A stretch of 64,000 bases of DNA from a virus (Duplodnaviria > Caudoviricetes), in IMG/VR virus record IMGVR_UViG_2897081166_000001, positions 17,293-81,292 of that record. The stretch is one strand, 5' to 3'. Under the pieces are notes generated by a model, which had not been told where the DNA came from, ran no database searches, and saw only the letters and a program-made list of their open reading frames with translations. Position numbers and translations under genes: made by a program. Of the stretch, positions 9,153-19,485 are shown one piece after another; position 1 is the first letter of the stretch; every line of letters begins with the position of its first letter.

Positions 9153-9257
9153 TGGCGCGAGTAAGCGCCCCATGGCGTGCCGGACCCGGTAACAGGTGGC
9201 CTCCTCGTCGGGTCTCCGGCACAGGTGAGCCCCCTCCGCTGAGTGGAGGGGGCTCAC
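9153..9257 (+). ncRNA. Candidate small RNA divergent from gntR (possibly gntR-DTE-like)
   Basis: GATGCT -10-like, three consecutive hairpins, the last terminator-like. Confidence 0.55.
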
Positions 9258-9326
9258 TGCGATTCTGCATCAGCCGATCACGGGCCCGGGGCCCGCCGGC
9301 CAAAGTGGGGGCGGCCCCACCCATTT

Positions 9327-9652
<326 letters not shown>

Positions 9653-11041
9653 TCAACTTCTCAGAGTCTGCATCGACCGGCACAGGCCCGTAACCCTCAT
9701 CGGGGAGACTCAACGCCTCCTCCCAACTCGACTGGAGCGACTTGGCGATAGCCATCTCCATGCCCAGCGTGGTGTGGGAGTACGTCCCCTCCACACCCTG
9801 CAGAGTGTGACCCATCCGCTCTTCCACCGCCACCCTGGGATGTCCGGCTTCGTCCAGCAGCACTTTCTGGCCGTGCCTCAGGCCGTGGGGCACCATGCCT
9901 TCCACGCCGACCACTGGGCGGATTCCAGGCTGGGCACGTCGGCCGCGGACCTGCGGCTTGGGTGCACGGCCGTCCACCATCGGGCGCCAGGTATCGGAGT
10001 AGAAGTCGCCGCCGATCAGCAGCCGACCACCCTTGGGTGCGGTGAAGACGAACTCGCCCGGCCGCGAACGCACCAGCTCCTGAAGCAACGCGGCCAGGCC
10101 CGGGTTGATGATCAACCCGCGCTCGGAGTCGTACTTCGCCGGCACCAGGGTCGGCTTACCGTCGATGTACTGCGACTGGTACTTGAGCAGGATTCGGGCG
10201 CCGTGCCCTGTGTCCTCCAGTTGCAGCCGATCCTGCGTCAGCCCAGCAAGTTCGCCGATCCGCAGCCCCGTGTAGAAGCTGGTGAGGACAAGGGCGTACA
10301 TGCTGGCCCCGCGCAGGGCCAGCCCGTTGCGGGCGACCAAGAGGGCCTGGTGGGCGTTCGGGTAGACCTTCTCCTCCGTGTTCCGCTTCGACTTGTACTT
10401 CCCGCGGCGGCCGGCCGTCCCGTCTGGGATCGGGTTGTCGGCGCGAAGCTTGGAGGCTACGGCGTCTTGCAGAAGGGTCCGGAAGACGGTCCTGACGCCA
10501 CTGATCGAGTTCTCGGCGTACCCCTGCTTGCTGAGGCTCAGCTCCCACGTCCGGTAGGCAACCGGCGTGATGTCGCGGATCGGGGTCCGCCCCCAGGCAG
10601 GAAGGATGACCGCGCGCAACCGGCTCTTGTAGTCGCGAAGGGAAAGCGGTGAAAGCTCGATGGATTCGATCCAGATGTCCACCCACTCAGCCACGGTGAT
10701 CTTTCCGTCCTGCGGATTGAGGAACACCTTGCGCCGGACATCGACTTCGAGACCGTGAGCGAACTCCTCGGCCGACCTCTCGGTATAGAAAGGCTTACCT
10801 TCGTCATCCCGGGAGACCGAACCCCACTGCCCGTTCGGAAGTTTGTACCGGCCTCGGTAGCGCCATTTTCTTGCACGCTTGTCGTAGGTGCGCTTTTCTG
10901 CGTGGGCCACGATTCATCCTCCGACGTTCCCTGCGGCCCGCACAGCGCATGCGCCGGGATGCCGCAGTCGGTCTACTGCGAGCCTGCTGTACACACGGCT
11001 GCCCTGGCCCTAGGGCCAGGGTGCAGCCTTGCTGTGGAGTG

Positions 11042-11194
11042 CTAGACCGGCCATTTCGTGGCTTCGATCTTCCGCGCCTCGGCCTCGGTGATCAGCGACT
11101 CGTCTATGTACAGAACTACTTTGTTGTGCTGCACGTCTGTCCAGGCGCTGACACCGTGCGGCATTCCTGACACGCGAAGAACCAGGACTCGCAT
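11042..11194 (-). CDS. Small hypothetical protein between repressor and integrase
   Basis: 50 aa, GGGGGA RBS. Confidence 0.5.
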   Translation of the reverse strand: MRVLVLRVSGMPHGVSAWTDVQHNKVVLYIDESLITEAEARKIEATKWPV

Positions 11195-11307
11195 AGGTCC
11201 CCCATACCAATCCGAGCGTGGCCCCCTCGTCGGTATCACACCATCAGATCACATCTTGGAACGGATTGTGGAGGGTTCCGTGGTGCTGAATGAACTTCTT
11301 GGGGCGT

Positions 11308-11808
11308 CTAGTTGGCCGACTCCGAAGAATCGCCGTCGCGGTCGAGGTCCCGTAGCACAGACTGCGCCTTCGCCCAGGCGATGAGATCACGGCGGATCTG
11401 CTCGGGGGACGCGTCCGGAGTCCCCTTCACGACGATGACCATCCGTGAGTCGCCGCTGAGTGGGAGAACTGTGGTGTCCAGGAGAGGACCGTCCGACAGC
11501 TCCTGAATGATCCGCAGCGGTAGACCCGTCTGGTCGCCGGATTGCGGAGACTCGGTGTCCTGGGCGGCGGGGGCTGGTGTGGGTTCGCCGCCGGCGAGTA
11601 CGGCGTCGGCGGACCCTGGTGCCCAACCGAGGGCTGCTTCGACCTTCTTGACTGAGGGGGGCTGGCGCACGCGCGCCTTGCCTGCTTCCAGGTTCTGGAT
11701 GGTTGATTCGCTGACGTCAGCGGCCGTCGCCAGGGCTACTTGTGTCATTCCCTTGGCATCGCGTGCCGCCTCGATGGCGTGCCCCAGTCGGACCCAGTCC
11801 CTACTCAT
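11308..11808 (-). CDS. Immunity repressor (cI-like XRE)
   Basis: ARDAKGMTQVALATAADVSESTIQNLEAG; divergent from cro-like gene; start uncertain (11808 or 11820). Confidence 0.85.
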   Translation of the reverse strand: MSRDWVRLGHAIEAARDAKGMTQVALATAADVSESTIQNLEAGKARVRQPPSVKKVEAALGWAPGSADAVLAGGEPTPAPAAQDTESPQSGDQTGLPLRIIQELSDGPLLDTTVLPLSGDSRMVIVVKGTPDASPEQIRRDLIAWAKAQSVLRDLDRDGDSSESAN

Positions 11809-11840
11809 GGGGCACATCATGCCCGAGGTGCGGGCAACGC

Positions 11841-12030
11841 GCACCCATCGATACCCCCAAATGACCTGTATCAATCGGTGCGCCGGGCTCACTTTTGTTG
11901 CCTGCCTGTGCGCCCGTTCGCGGTCGCGTGCGCCCCCGTGGCACCTAGTGCACCCAAAGAAGGCCGCCTAACACCCAATGAATCCTGGGCTACGCCTTGC
12001 GAACACCCATCGAAGGGCCTAAGTTGGGTG
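11841..12030. promoter_or_regulatory. Genetic switch region with CACCCAWNGA repeats
   Basis: Copies at 11842, 11951, 11972, 12004 and an inverted half-site at 12024. Confidence 0.6.
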
Positions 12031-12032
12031 TC

Positions 12033-12248
12033 GTGACACCGAACGGAGCCGCAATCAGGTCCTTCCGAGAGAAGTGCGGACTGAGCCTGAGACGGCTCGC
12101 GCACCTCATCGATCGCGACCCCGGCTATGTCTCCCGCATAGAGGCAGAGCAACGGGGAGCGGCGGAGGACACCCTTCGCCAAATCGCTGCGGTGCTGCAA
12201 GTGCCCGTTGCAGCCATCACAAGGGAGAAGCCCCGTGACCAGGAATGA
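12033..12248 (+). CDS. Cro-like HTH protein
   Basis: FREKCGLSLRRLAHLIDRDPGYVSRIE; first gene of the early operon. Confidence 0.85.
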   Translation: MTPNGAAIRSFREKCGLSLRRLAHLIDRDPGYVSRIEAEQRGAAEDTLRQIAAVLQVPVAAITREKPRDQE

Positions 12249-12597
12249 CCTGGCGCTCGCCCCCACCGAGGGGGCCGTCATGGAAGTGCCGGCGGAAGCG
12301 TCGGACGTAGAAGCCCCCACGCCGCCGCCCGTTGTGGACGGTGCGCTCATCCTCCGGTTGGCCGAGGCGATCGAGACGCTGGCCGCCCTGTCGAAGATCC
12401 AGGACCCGGAGCTCAAGGTGCTCACGCCGGCGGAGGCCGGTAGGGCGCTTGGCAAGACGGAGAACTGGGTGAAGGAGGCGATCCAGGACCGTCGGATCCC
12501 GTTCACCTATGTCGGTAAGTCGCCGCGGCTGTTGCCCCGCCACATTCGGTGGGTGTTGGAGAGCGGCGAGTTGATGCCCCACTCCCAGGCTGCCTGA
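12235..12597 (+). CDS. Excisionase-like (MerR/HTH_17) DNA-binding protein
   Basis: VLTPAEAGRALGKTENWVKEAI..RIPFTYVG. Confidence 0.75.
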   Translation: MTRNDLALAPTEGAVMEVPAEASDVEAPTPPPVVDGALILRLAEAIETLAALSKIQDPELKVLTPAEAGRALGKTENWVKEAIQDRRIPFTYVGKSPRLLPRHIRWVLESGELMPHSQAA

Positions 12598-12684
12598 CGG
12601 CAGCAAGTGAGGCCGCCCCGAAACGCCAGCCCCGAGGCGACCTCTGATCCACCCGCAATCCTCCGCGAACAGAGAGGTGGACCG

Positions 12685-13485
12685 ATGTCCATCCAACCAT
12701 CGACAGCCCCCGATGACACCACCGACGACTTCTGGGCCAAGGAACGTGCGGCCGACGCCGCGAACCGTGGCCACCAGGCTGACCCGTCCGCGTGCGGTAC
12801 CTGCCAGGCCAACGTGAAGGCTGGGAACCAGGTCGAGCACGACGAATGCGCCCAGCGCGCCACGCTCCTGCACGCCCCCGACCACCCCAGCTACGAGCTG
12901 CTCGCGGGCGTCTCCATGGAGGAGAACGCGAAGCTCCCGGCCCGCTTCCACATCCCCGTCTTCGATGACTGCGGCGTGCCGAACGCCTGGCTGTGCGCGG
13001 TCTGCCAGGAGGACGGCGTGGTCAGCAAGTGGCCGTGCGCGGTGGCTGTGGAGCAGGGCACGAAGGTCTTCACGCCGAGCCACGAGGCGGAGACCGAGTC
13101 TCGGCGGCAGGCCGCTCGCATCGTGCAACTGGAGACCGCGCTGGCCGCCGCCGGCCGTTCGCTGTCGTCGTTCATCTTCGACGCGGACGACCCGGGTGTC
13201 GATGCGCTGGGTGCCCAGTGGTTGTACTGGCAGGCGATGCCGCTGGTAGACGACCCGTTCGGGCCGCGCGCGTTCCGCTCCAGTGTCTTCTCCGAGGCGT
13301 CGAAGGCGGCCGAGGCGCTGGACACGGGTGAGCCGGGGGATCGGGAGCGGCCTCAGTCGTACCTCGATGGCTACTCGGATGGCGTCCAGGACGTGGCCGA
13401 GCGGCTGGAGAAGCTGGCCGACCAGGCGGCCGAGGGCGACGAGCCGTCCTCCGCCCCGTCGCAGCGTGAGGCAGGTGCCCTGTGA
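12685..13485 (+). CDS. Hypothetical phage protein with Cys motifs
   Basis: GAGGTG RBS; member of the coupled early operon. Confidence 0.75.
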   Translation: MSIQPSTAPDDTTDDFWAKERAADAANRGHQADPSACGTCQANVKAGNQVEHDECAQRATLLHAPDHPSYELLAGVSMEENAKLPARFHIPVFDDCGVPNAWLCAVCQEDGVVSKWPCAVAVEQGTKVFTPSHEAETESRRQAARIVQLETALAAAGRSLSSFIFDADDPGVDALGAQWLYWQAMPLVDDPFGPRAFRSSVFSEASKAAEALDTGEPGDRERPQSYLDGYSDGVQDVAERLEKLADQAAEGDEPSSAPSQREAGAL

Positions 13486-13745
13486 GCGCCGCCGACTTGT
13501 CCCGTGTGGACGTTCCGCTTGCCGTGCTGATCGCCCGGGTGGACGCGCTGGCCGCCGAGAAGCGGGCCGACATGGCCGCCGGGCTGCTGGCCGAGGACCG
13601 CCACCAGTACGACCCCACCGACGCCCTGTTCGCGCAGCTGCCGTGCCCGCACCCGGAACTGTGCTCCACCGGAGCCGACTACCCCGGCTTCGACGCCTGG
13701 ATCACCCACCAGCAAACCCTCAACGCAGCCCGGAGGACCCGATGA
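13482..13745 (+). CDS. Hypothetical phage protein
   Basis: Start/stop overlaps on both sides. Confidence 0.7.
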   Translation: MSAADLSRVDVPLAVLIARVDALAAEKRADMAAGLLAEDRHQYDPTDALFAQLPCPHPELCSTGADYPGFDAWITHQQTLNAARRTR

Positions 13746-14032
13746 GCATCACCACCACTGGCCGGTCCGTGTTCAAGGCCGAGTCGCTGGCCGACGCCGT
13801 CGAGTACGCCAAGGGGCAGCTCGCCATCGCGGACAACGTCAACTACGGGGACCCGGGGGCTGTCGCCTACTCGCAGGGCGGTCTCGCCGCAACCCTCCGC
13901 CGCGTCCTGTGGGCGCTCGGCGAAGAGGAGGACTTCCGGGACCGGGCGGCCGAGGTGCCGAACGAGGTCGCCGCCGAGGACGGGGTGCGCAGCATCGGCA
14001 TCCCCTTCCAGCGGAAGCAGGTGGCCGCATGA
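13742..14032 (+). CDS. Hypothetical phage protein
   Basis: GGAGGA RBS, ATGA overlap. Confidence 0.7.
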   Translation: MSITTTGRSVFKAESLADAVEYAKGQLAIADNVNYGDPGAVAYSQGGLAATLRRVLWALGEEEDFRDRAAEVPNEVAAEDGVRSIGIPFQRKQVAA

Positions 14033-14424
14033 GCACCTACCTCCACGACGGCGTCACCTTCGACCTGACCGTCCCCTACGCCGACGTCACCGGCAGCGAA
14101 TGGATGTGGACCGGCAGCTGGGCTGAGGGTGAGCCGCTCATGCGGCAGCGGTCGGACCGGGGCGACTGCCAGACCCCGCTCACCTTCACCGACCTGTACC
14201 AGACGCACGGCCCGCTCATCCCGATCAGCCCCCGCCCGTCCACCGACCAGTACCGGGCCGCGATCGACCCCGACTACGCGGCCACCGTCGCCGCCGGGTA
14301 CGTCGACGGCCGCATCGTCGCCGCTGTTGCCCCGCAGTTGACCCCGCACCACCTGCCGGCCGCCCCGGTGCACTACGGGTGGCGGGCGTTCCTCACCACG
14401 ATCAAGGGGGAGCGCCGTGGCTGA
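14029..14424 (+). CDS. Hypothetical phage protein (resembles phiSA1p31-related proteins, from memory)
   Basis: YLHDGVTFDL..DVTGSEWMWTG..GPL. Confidence 0.65.
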   Translation: MSTYLHDGVTFDLTVPYADVTGSEWMWTGSWAEGEPLMRQRSDRGDCQTPLTFTDLYQTHGPLIPISPRPSTDQYRAAIDPDYAATVAAGYVDGRIVAAVAPQLTPHHLPAAPVHYGWRAFLTTIKGERRG

Positions 14425-14707
14425 CCTGATGGTGCAGATCGACGGCGAGACGGTCCCGCTCGCGGACTGCTTCTGGGCGCGCACCAACCGGGTTGGGTGC
14501 GCGGTCGGCTCGGTCCTTCCGGTCTCCGGCGACGACGTGATCGCCACCCCGCAGCAGGCGCAGCGGGAGTGGTCGACGACGAAGCGGCAGCAGGCCGCGG
14601 ACGACAAGCACGGCATGCAGCACCTCCTCCTCACCTCGAAGCAGTGGGAGGCGCAGGCCAAGCCGTGCTTCCTCGGCCGCTGCAACCACCGGCTGACCGT
14701 CGGATGA
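14417..14707 (+). CDS. Hypothetical phage protein
   Basis: GGGGGAG RBS, coupled. Confidence 0.65.
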   Translation: MADLMVQIDGETVPLADCFWARTNRVGCAVGSVLPVSGDDVIATPQQAQREWSTTKRQQAADDKHGMQHLLLTSKQWEAQAKPCFLGRCNHRLTVG

Positions 14708-14796
14708 GCTACCTGATCACCGCCACCGTCATCGGCGTTGTGTTCTGCCTGATGGCGGTGGCCCCCAGCCTCTGGACCCGGAAGGGCAAGCCATGA
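14704..14796 (+). CDS. 30-aa single-TM peptide
   Basis: ATGA overlaps at both ends; hydrophobic stretch plus basic tail. Confidence 0.5.
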   Translation: MSYLITATVIGVVFCLMAVAPSLWTRKGKP

Positions 14797-15248
14797 GCCT
14801 CACTCTCGGCATACGCCGCCCCCGCAAGCACCGCGCCGTCGACAAGGTCGGCCGGCTCCTCGAAGAGAACCACCGTCTGCTGACCCAGCTGGTCGGGGCC
14901 CGCGACCACATCGCCGTCCAGGAGCGGCAGTTGGCCGACGTCCGGGCCAAGCGGGCGGAGGCCGAGCAGGTCGTCGTGTGCCTCGACGCCGACCTGGATG
15001 AACGGACCGGCGAGCTGGAGCAGGCCCAGGCGGAGATCCGCCGGCTGCACGCCCAGCTCGCCCCGTACCTGGCGGCGGACGCCAACGCGAACGCGATCAC
15101 CGTCCCGCCGGCCGAGCGGGACACCACGGCGGTCGAGGACCAGGCGACCGCCCCGATCAAGGTCACCACCCTGTGGGCCGCCCACGGCATCGGCCCCGTG
15201 GTCCGCACCGAGGGCAGCACGGACCCGGCGCACCTACCCGCCGCATGA
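14793..15248 (+). CDS. Coiled-coil phage protein
   Basis: Heptad-like central region. Confidence 0.7.
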   Translation: MSLTLGIRRPRKHRAVDKVGRLLEENHRLLTQLVGARDHIAVQERQLADVRAKRAEAEQVVVCLDADLDERTGELEQAQAEIRRLHAQLAPYLAADANANAITVPPAERDTTAVEDQATAPIKVTTLWAAHGIGPVVRTEGSTDPAHLPAA

Positions 15249-15356
15249 GCCCACCGGGCGGGCGGTGACCACACCACCCTCCCGCCCGGTGCACCAGAAC
15301 ACCCCGCGAGGAGAAGTCGCGGGGCGTCCACCACCAGCATCCCAGAGAAGGACGCC

Positions 15357-16412
15357 ATGACCCAGACCGTCACCATCAACGCCCACCAGCTCGGCCGCCT
15401 CATCGACAAGGTCCGCTCCCACGTCGGCAACGAGTACACCGAGATCCTGCACGGCATCCGCTTCGACGCCGACGCCACTCACCTGCACGCGGTCGCCTCC
15501 GACCGGTTCACCGTTGCCGCGGCCCGCTACCGGCTCAACACCGACCAGCAGGCCCAGGAGCCTTGGGCGCGCACGATCCCCGCTGACTGGCTGAAGCCCC
15601 TTCGCGAGTGGGCCAGCGCCCACGGTGGCGGCGACACCATCACGATCAGCCTCGCGCCCGGGTTCGTCGGCTTCGCGACGGAGCACACCAACATGCGCAT
15701 CCCGGTCACGGACGACCAGGAGTTCCCGAACTGGCGGTCCCTGCTGACCGGTATCGCCGCCAACATCCCCGCGAAGTTCGCGTTCCCGGCCGTTGACTCC
15801 CGGATGCTGGCCCGCTGGGCTGACACCGATGACGTCCTTCGCGTCCACATCACCACCGACCTGACAGCTCTGATGGTGTTCGGCGAAGACTTCGTCGGCG
15901 CTCAGATGCCGAAGCGATACAACGGTGTCAGCCCTTCCGGCGAGTCGACGTTTGAGGACGCTCTCGCTCAGTGGCCGACGCTCGATGGCAACCCCGAGGC
16001 GCTCGCCGATCTGGCGACGGGAATGCCCGCCGAGAACGCGCCCCACTGGGAGGCGACCTCCAGCATCTCCGACATGGTGGAGAGCCTCCTCCAGCAGACG
16101 TTGCGTTCCATGAGTGACCTCATGGGCGCGCCGAGCGATGATCCGGGAGCGGTCGCGTCCTACGCCACGGCCGGGGTGAACGCCTGGTCCGCCTACCGGT
16201 TCCTGGCCGCCCTGCACCAGGCCGACCCGCGGCTTGCCGCCCAGACCGTCGCGACGCTGGCTGAGGAGCTCAACGCGGGCGACTTCAGCGAGATGGCGTG
16301 GGAGATCGCCGAGAAGGCCGGCCACGACCCGCAGAAGTGGTCTGACAACTACGAGGCCCACCTCAAGCAGCTCGCTGAGAAGCGGGCCGCCGAGGCCGCA
16401 CAGACCACCTGA
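15357..16412 (+). CDS. Beta-clamp-like N-terminal domain fused to an unknown helical domain
   Basis: ILHGIRF..LHAVASDRF, EFPNWRSLL, VDSRMLA, AQMP resemble DnaN domain motifs. Confidence 0.65.
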   Translation: MTQTVTINAHQLGRLIDKVRSHVGNEYTEILHGIRFDADATHLHAVASDRFTVAAARYRLNTDQQAQEPWARTIPADWLKPLREWASAHGGGDTITISLAPGFVGFATEHTNMRIPVTDDQEFPNWRSLLTGIAANIPAKFAFPAVDSRMLARWADTDDVLRVHITTDLTALMVFGEDFVGAQMPKRYNGVSPSGESTFEDALAQWPTLDGNPEALADLATGMPAENAPHWEATSSISDMVESLLQQTLRSMSDLMGAPSDDPGAVASYATAGVNAWSAYRFLAALHQADPRLAAQTVATLAEELNAGDFSEMAWEIAEKAGHDPQKWSDNYEAHLKQLAEKRAAEAAQTT

Positions 16413-16503
16413 CCAGCAGACGTTCGAGCCCTCCGCTCCGCCTGCCCGCTGCGGGCCGCCAACCCCCCTGGCGGCCCGCAGCAACCCCGAACTGGAGAAC
16501 CAC

Positions 16504-16614
16504 ATGAGCCCCATCGAATGCGCCCGCTGCCAGGGCACCGCAGGCCCGTTCGCCAAGCGCCCCGAAGGCCCCGTCTGCGAAGACTGCCTCAACGAACAGG
16601 ACAACCAGCGATGA
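16504..16614 (+). CDS. Tiny CxxC-CxxC zinc-finger protein
   Basis: CARC...CEDC, GGAG RBS. Confidence 0.55.
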   Translation: MSPIECARCQGTAGPFAKRPEGPVCEDCLNEQDNQR

Positions 16615-17480
16615 CCACCACCCTCGAACCCCCGGTCACCGCACCCGTCGTCATCGACGACATGTCCGCCGAGGCGTACCACGCCGACCGGAACAGCATC
16701 TCGTCCACTGGCCTCCGGAAGATCCTCGCCCCCGGGTGCCCCGCCCAGCTCCGCTACGACCTCGACCACCCGCAGGCCCCGAAGAAGGAGTTCGACCTCG
16801 GCCACGCCGCACACCTCATGGTGCTCGGGGAAGGCCCGGAGCTCGACGTCCTGGACTTCGACAACTACCTCACCAAGGCCGCCAAGACGGCCCGCGACGA
16901 AGCCCGCCACATGGGGGCCGTCCCGCTCCTGCGCCACGAGTACGAGCAGATCGAAGCCATGGCCGCGGCGATCCGCCAGCACCCGCTCGCCGGCCCGCTG
17001 TTCACCCCCGGGACGGGCGTCGCCGAACAGTCGATCTTCTGGACCGACCCGGCGACCGGTGTCCGCTGCCGGATCCGCCCCGACTGGCTGAAGCAACTCC
17101 CCGGCCTGACCCTGTGCGTCGACTACAAGACGATCAAGTCGGCCGACCCGGACACCGTCTCCAAGGCCATCCGGGACCACGCCTACCACCAGCAGGACGC
17201 CCTCTACACCGACGGCATCTGGGCCGCACTCGCCCCGCAGGACGTCCGCTTCGTCTTCGTCTTCCAGTCCAAGACCGCCCCGTACCTGATCACGGTGCGC
17301 GAACTCGCCGACCAAGACCGGGACATCGGCAGGGCCCGCAACGAACGCGCCCTCCGCACCTACGCCGACTGCATGGCCACCGGCGTGTGGCCCGACTGGA
17401 CCGGGCCCGTCACCGACATCCCCACCATCTCGATGCCCACCTGGGCGGTCCTTAACGAAACCGAGGAGTACCTCCGATGA
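16611..17480 (+). CDS. RecE/ExoVIII-like PD-(D/E)XK exonuclease
   Basis: YHAD..ISSTGL, GHAAH, CRIRPDWL, VDYKT, YHQQDALY. Confidence 0.88.
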   Translation: MTTTLEPPVTAPVVIDDMSAEAYHADRNSISSTGLRKILAPGCPAQLRYDLDHPQAPKKEFDLGHAAHLMVLGEGPELDVLDFDNYLTKAAKTARDEARHMGAVPLLRHEYEQIEAMAAAIRQHPLAGPLFTPGTGVAEQSIFWTDPATGVRCRIRPDWLKQLPGLTLCVDYKTIKSADPDTVSKAIRDHAYHQQDALYTDGIWAALAPQDVRFVFVFQSKTAPYLITVRELADQDRDIGRARNERALRTYADCMATGVWPDWTGPVTDIPTISMPTWAVLNETEEYLR

Positions 17481-18238
17481 CCAACGAACTCGCCACCCGC
17501 GACGAGCAGAACGCCGTCGCCACACCGCAGCCCACCAACGAGCTCATGAACTGGGTCGAGTCCGCCCGCCAGGCCAACCTCGTCGCCCAGTCCCTCGCCG
17601 GAACCAGCTTCGCCGGCGCCTACCGCGGCAAGCCCGACGAGATCACCGCCGCGATCCTCACCGGCCAGGAACTCGGCCTCCAGCCCATGACCGCCCTGAA
17701 GTCCATCGACGTCATCCAGGGACAGCCCGCCCTCCGCGCCCACGCCATGCGCGCCATCGTCCAGCGGCAGGGCCACGACATCGAGCTCGTCGAGTCCGAC
17801 GACACCCACTGCATCATGCGCGGCCGGCGTAAGGGCGCTGAGAACTGGCAGTCCGTGACCTGGGACATTCCGCGAGTGCAGCGGATGGGGCTCCTCGGCA
17901 AGGACCAGTGGAAGAAGCAGCCGAAGACGATGCTCGTCGCCCGCGCCACCGGGGAACTGTGCCGTCTGATCGCGTCGGACGCCCTTCACGGGTTGCCGTA
18001 TGCGGCCGAGGAAGTCGACGGCTACGTCCACGGCGAAGTCGCCCCGGCCAAGGCGCCGCTCAGTGTCGCCGCCCTCACCTCGGCCCCGGCCCCCGCGCCC
18101 GAGCCGGCCCCGACCGCCGAGGAAACCCACCAGATCACCCGGGACGACCAGCCCCCGGCTGACGGGATCTGGGACACGGAGGCCGCCGAGGACTCCGTCG
18201 ACTGGCCCGACGTTGCCCAGCCCGGCTCCGCCGCCTAG
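17477..18238 (+). CDS. RecT-like single-strand annealing protein
   Basis: GQELGLQPMTALKSIDVIQGQP, WKKQPKTML.AR; follows the RecE-like gene. Confidence 0.7.
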   Translation: MTNELATRDEQNAVATPQPTNELMNWVESARQANLVAQSLAGTSFAGAYRGKPDEITAAILTGQELGLQPMTALKSIDVIQGQPALRAHAMRAIVQRQGHDIELVESDDTHCIMRGRRKGAENWQSVTWDIPRVQRMGLLGKDQWKKQPKTMLVARATGELCRLIASDALHGLPYAAEEVDGYVHGEVAPAKAPLSVAALTSAPAPAPEPAPTAEETHQITRDDQPPADGIWDTEAAEDSVDWPDVAQPGSAA

Positions 18239-18250
18239 CTCACCCGCTCA

Positions 18251-18287
18251 CCGGGGTCCCGCCCGCCGCTAACAGGCGGGACCCCGG
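18251..18287 (+). terminator. Hairpin after recombination genes
   Basis: ccggggtcccgcc / ggcgggaccccgg. Confidence 0.6.
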
Positions 18288-18308
18288 CATCACAAGGAGA
18301 CCACGAAC

Positions 18309-19019
18309 ATGACCGTCAACCACAGGGCCGAGGCCGAGAAGCACCTCGCCAACGCTGCCCGCCACCTCACCGAGCACCCCGGCGACATGCGGATCGCCGA
18401 AGTGGCCGCCGCCATCGGCCAGGGACACGCCGCACTCGCCGGGAGCCAGGACCCGGTCCGAGAGCAGCTCGCCACCCTCCTCGAACGGTGGGAGGAAGTC
18501 GCCGACAGCTACAAGCCCAGCGAGAGCGGGCACGACGACCTGGAGGAGCGGTACCGCAACTACCGGTACGTGCAGCTCCGCGCAATCCGCAACCTGCGGC
18601 AGGTACTCGACACGGGCACGATGCCGTGCGAGCTGGCCACCGACGAGGAGAAGCGTCGCGGCGACTGCGGGCAGGCCCACGCCGCCGGGGAGTTCACCGA
18701 GCGCGACCCGTGGGCGACTTCGAACCCGGAAGGCGGCACGACCGCCCGCCGCACGCAGGCACTCAAGGCTGATCAGTCGGCGTGGCTGATGCTCGGCCGC
18801 GCCATCCGCAGGGAGCGCGAGGCCCAGCAGCTGAGCCGCCGCGCACTCTCCGAGCGTGCAGAGGTCTCCGAGAAGGCGATCCAGACCGCCGAGGAAGGCC
18901 GTGTCCCGGCGAGCCGCTGGCCGCAGTCCCTGAACCGCATCACGAACGCCCTCCGCATGGGGACGGGAGCTGCCGAGGACATCGTCCTCAGCTCCCTCCC
19001 GGAGAACCCCCCGTTCTAG
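18309..19019 (+). CDS. Mosaic protein with C-terminal XRE HTH
   Basis: LGRAIRREREAQQLSRRALSERAEVSEKAIQTAEEG. Confidence 0.75.
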   Translation: MTVNHRAEAEKHLANAARHLTEHPGDMRIAEVAAAIGQGHAALAGSQDPVREQLATLLERWEEVADSYKPSESGHDDLEERYRNYRYVQLRAIRNLRQVLDTGTMPCELATDEEKRRGDCGQAHAAGEFTERDPWATSNPEGGTTARRTQALKADQSAWLMLGRAIRREREAQQLSRRALSERAEVSEKAIQTAEEGRVPASRWPQSLNRITNALRMGTGAAEDIVLSSLPENPPF

Positions 19020-19089
19020 CCCACCCGCACTTCGGGGCAGCCCCGTACCCGACATACGGGGCTGCCCCACCCGAACAGGAGACCACGCC

Positions 19090-19485
19090 ATGCGAGCACT
19101 GACCATCAGACAGCCCTGGGCCGGGGCGATCGTCCACCAGACGAAGCGCGTCGAGAACCGCACCTGGAAACTTCCCGCCGCCCACCACGGGGCCCGCATC
19201 CTCATCCACGCCGGAGCCCAGCCCGACAAGACCGCCGAGGTGAACGGCCCGAACCTCGACGTGTACTCCGCGATCATCGGCGTCGCCACGATCACCGGCT
19301 GCCACTGGTCCAGCGAATGGCAGTGCTGCGGCTACTGGGCATTCGAGAACACCTACCACTGGACCCTCAGCGACGTCATCGCGCTCCCCGAGCCGGTCCC
19401 CGCGAAGGGCGCCCTCGGGTTCTGGACGCCCAGCGACGACATCGTCAACGCCGCCCTCCGGCAGGACACGGCGGTGGCCCGGTGA
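19090..19485 (+). CDS. ASCH-domain protein
   Basis: ALTIRQPWA..KRVENRTW, ILIHAG, KGALGFW. Confidence 0.88.
   Translation: MRALTIRQPWAGAIVHQTKRVENRTWKLPAAHHGARILIHAGAQPDKTAEVNGPNLDVYSAIIGVATITGCHWSSEWQCCGYWAFENTYHWTLSDVIALPEPVPAKGALGFWTPSDDIVNAALRQDTAVAR

Noticed and set aside
15234-17525. 763-aa minus-strand ORF
   Set aside because: Antisense shadow of well-supported plus-strand genes; stop-poor frames are expected at high GC
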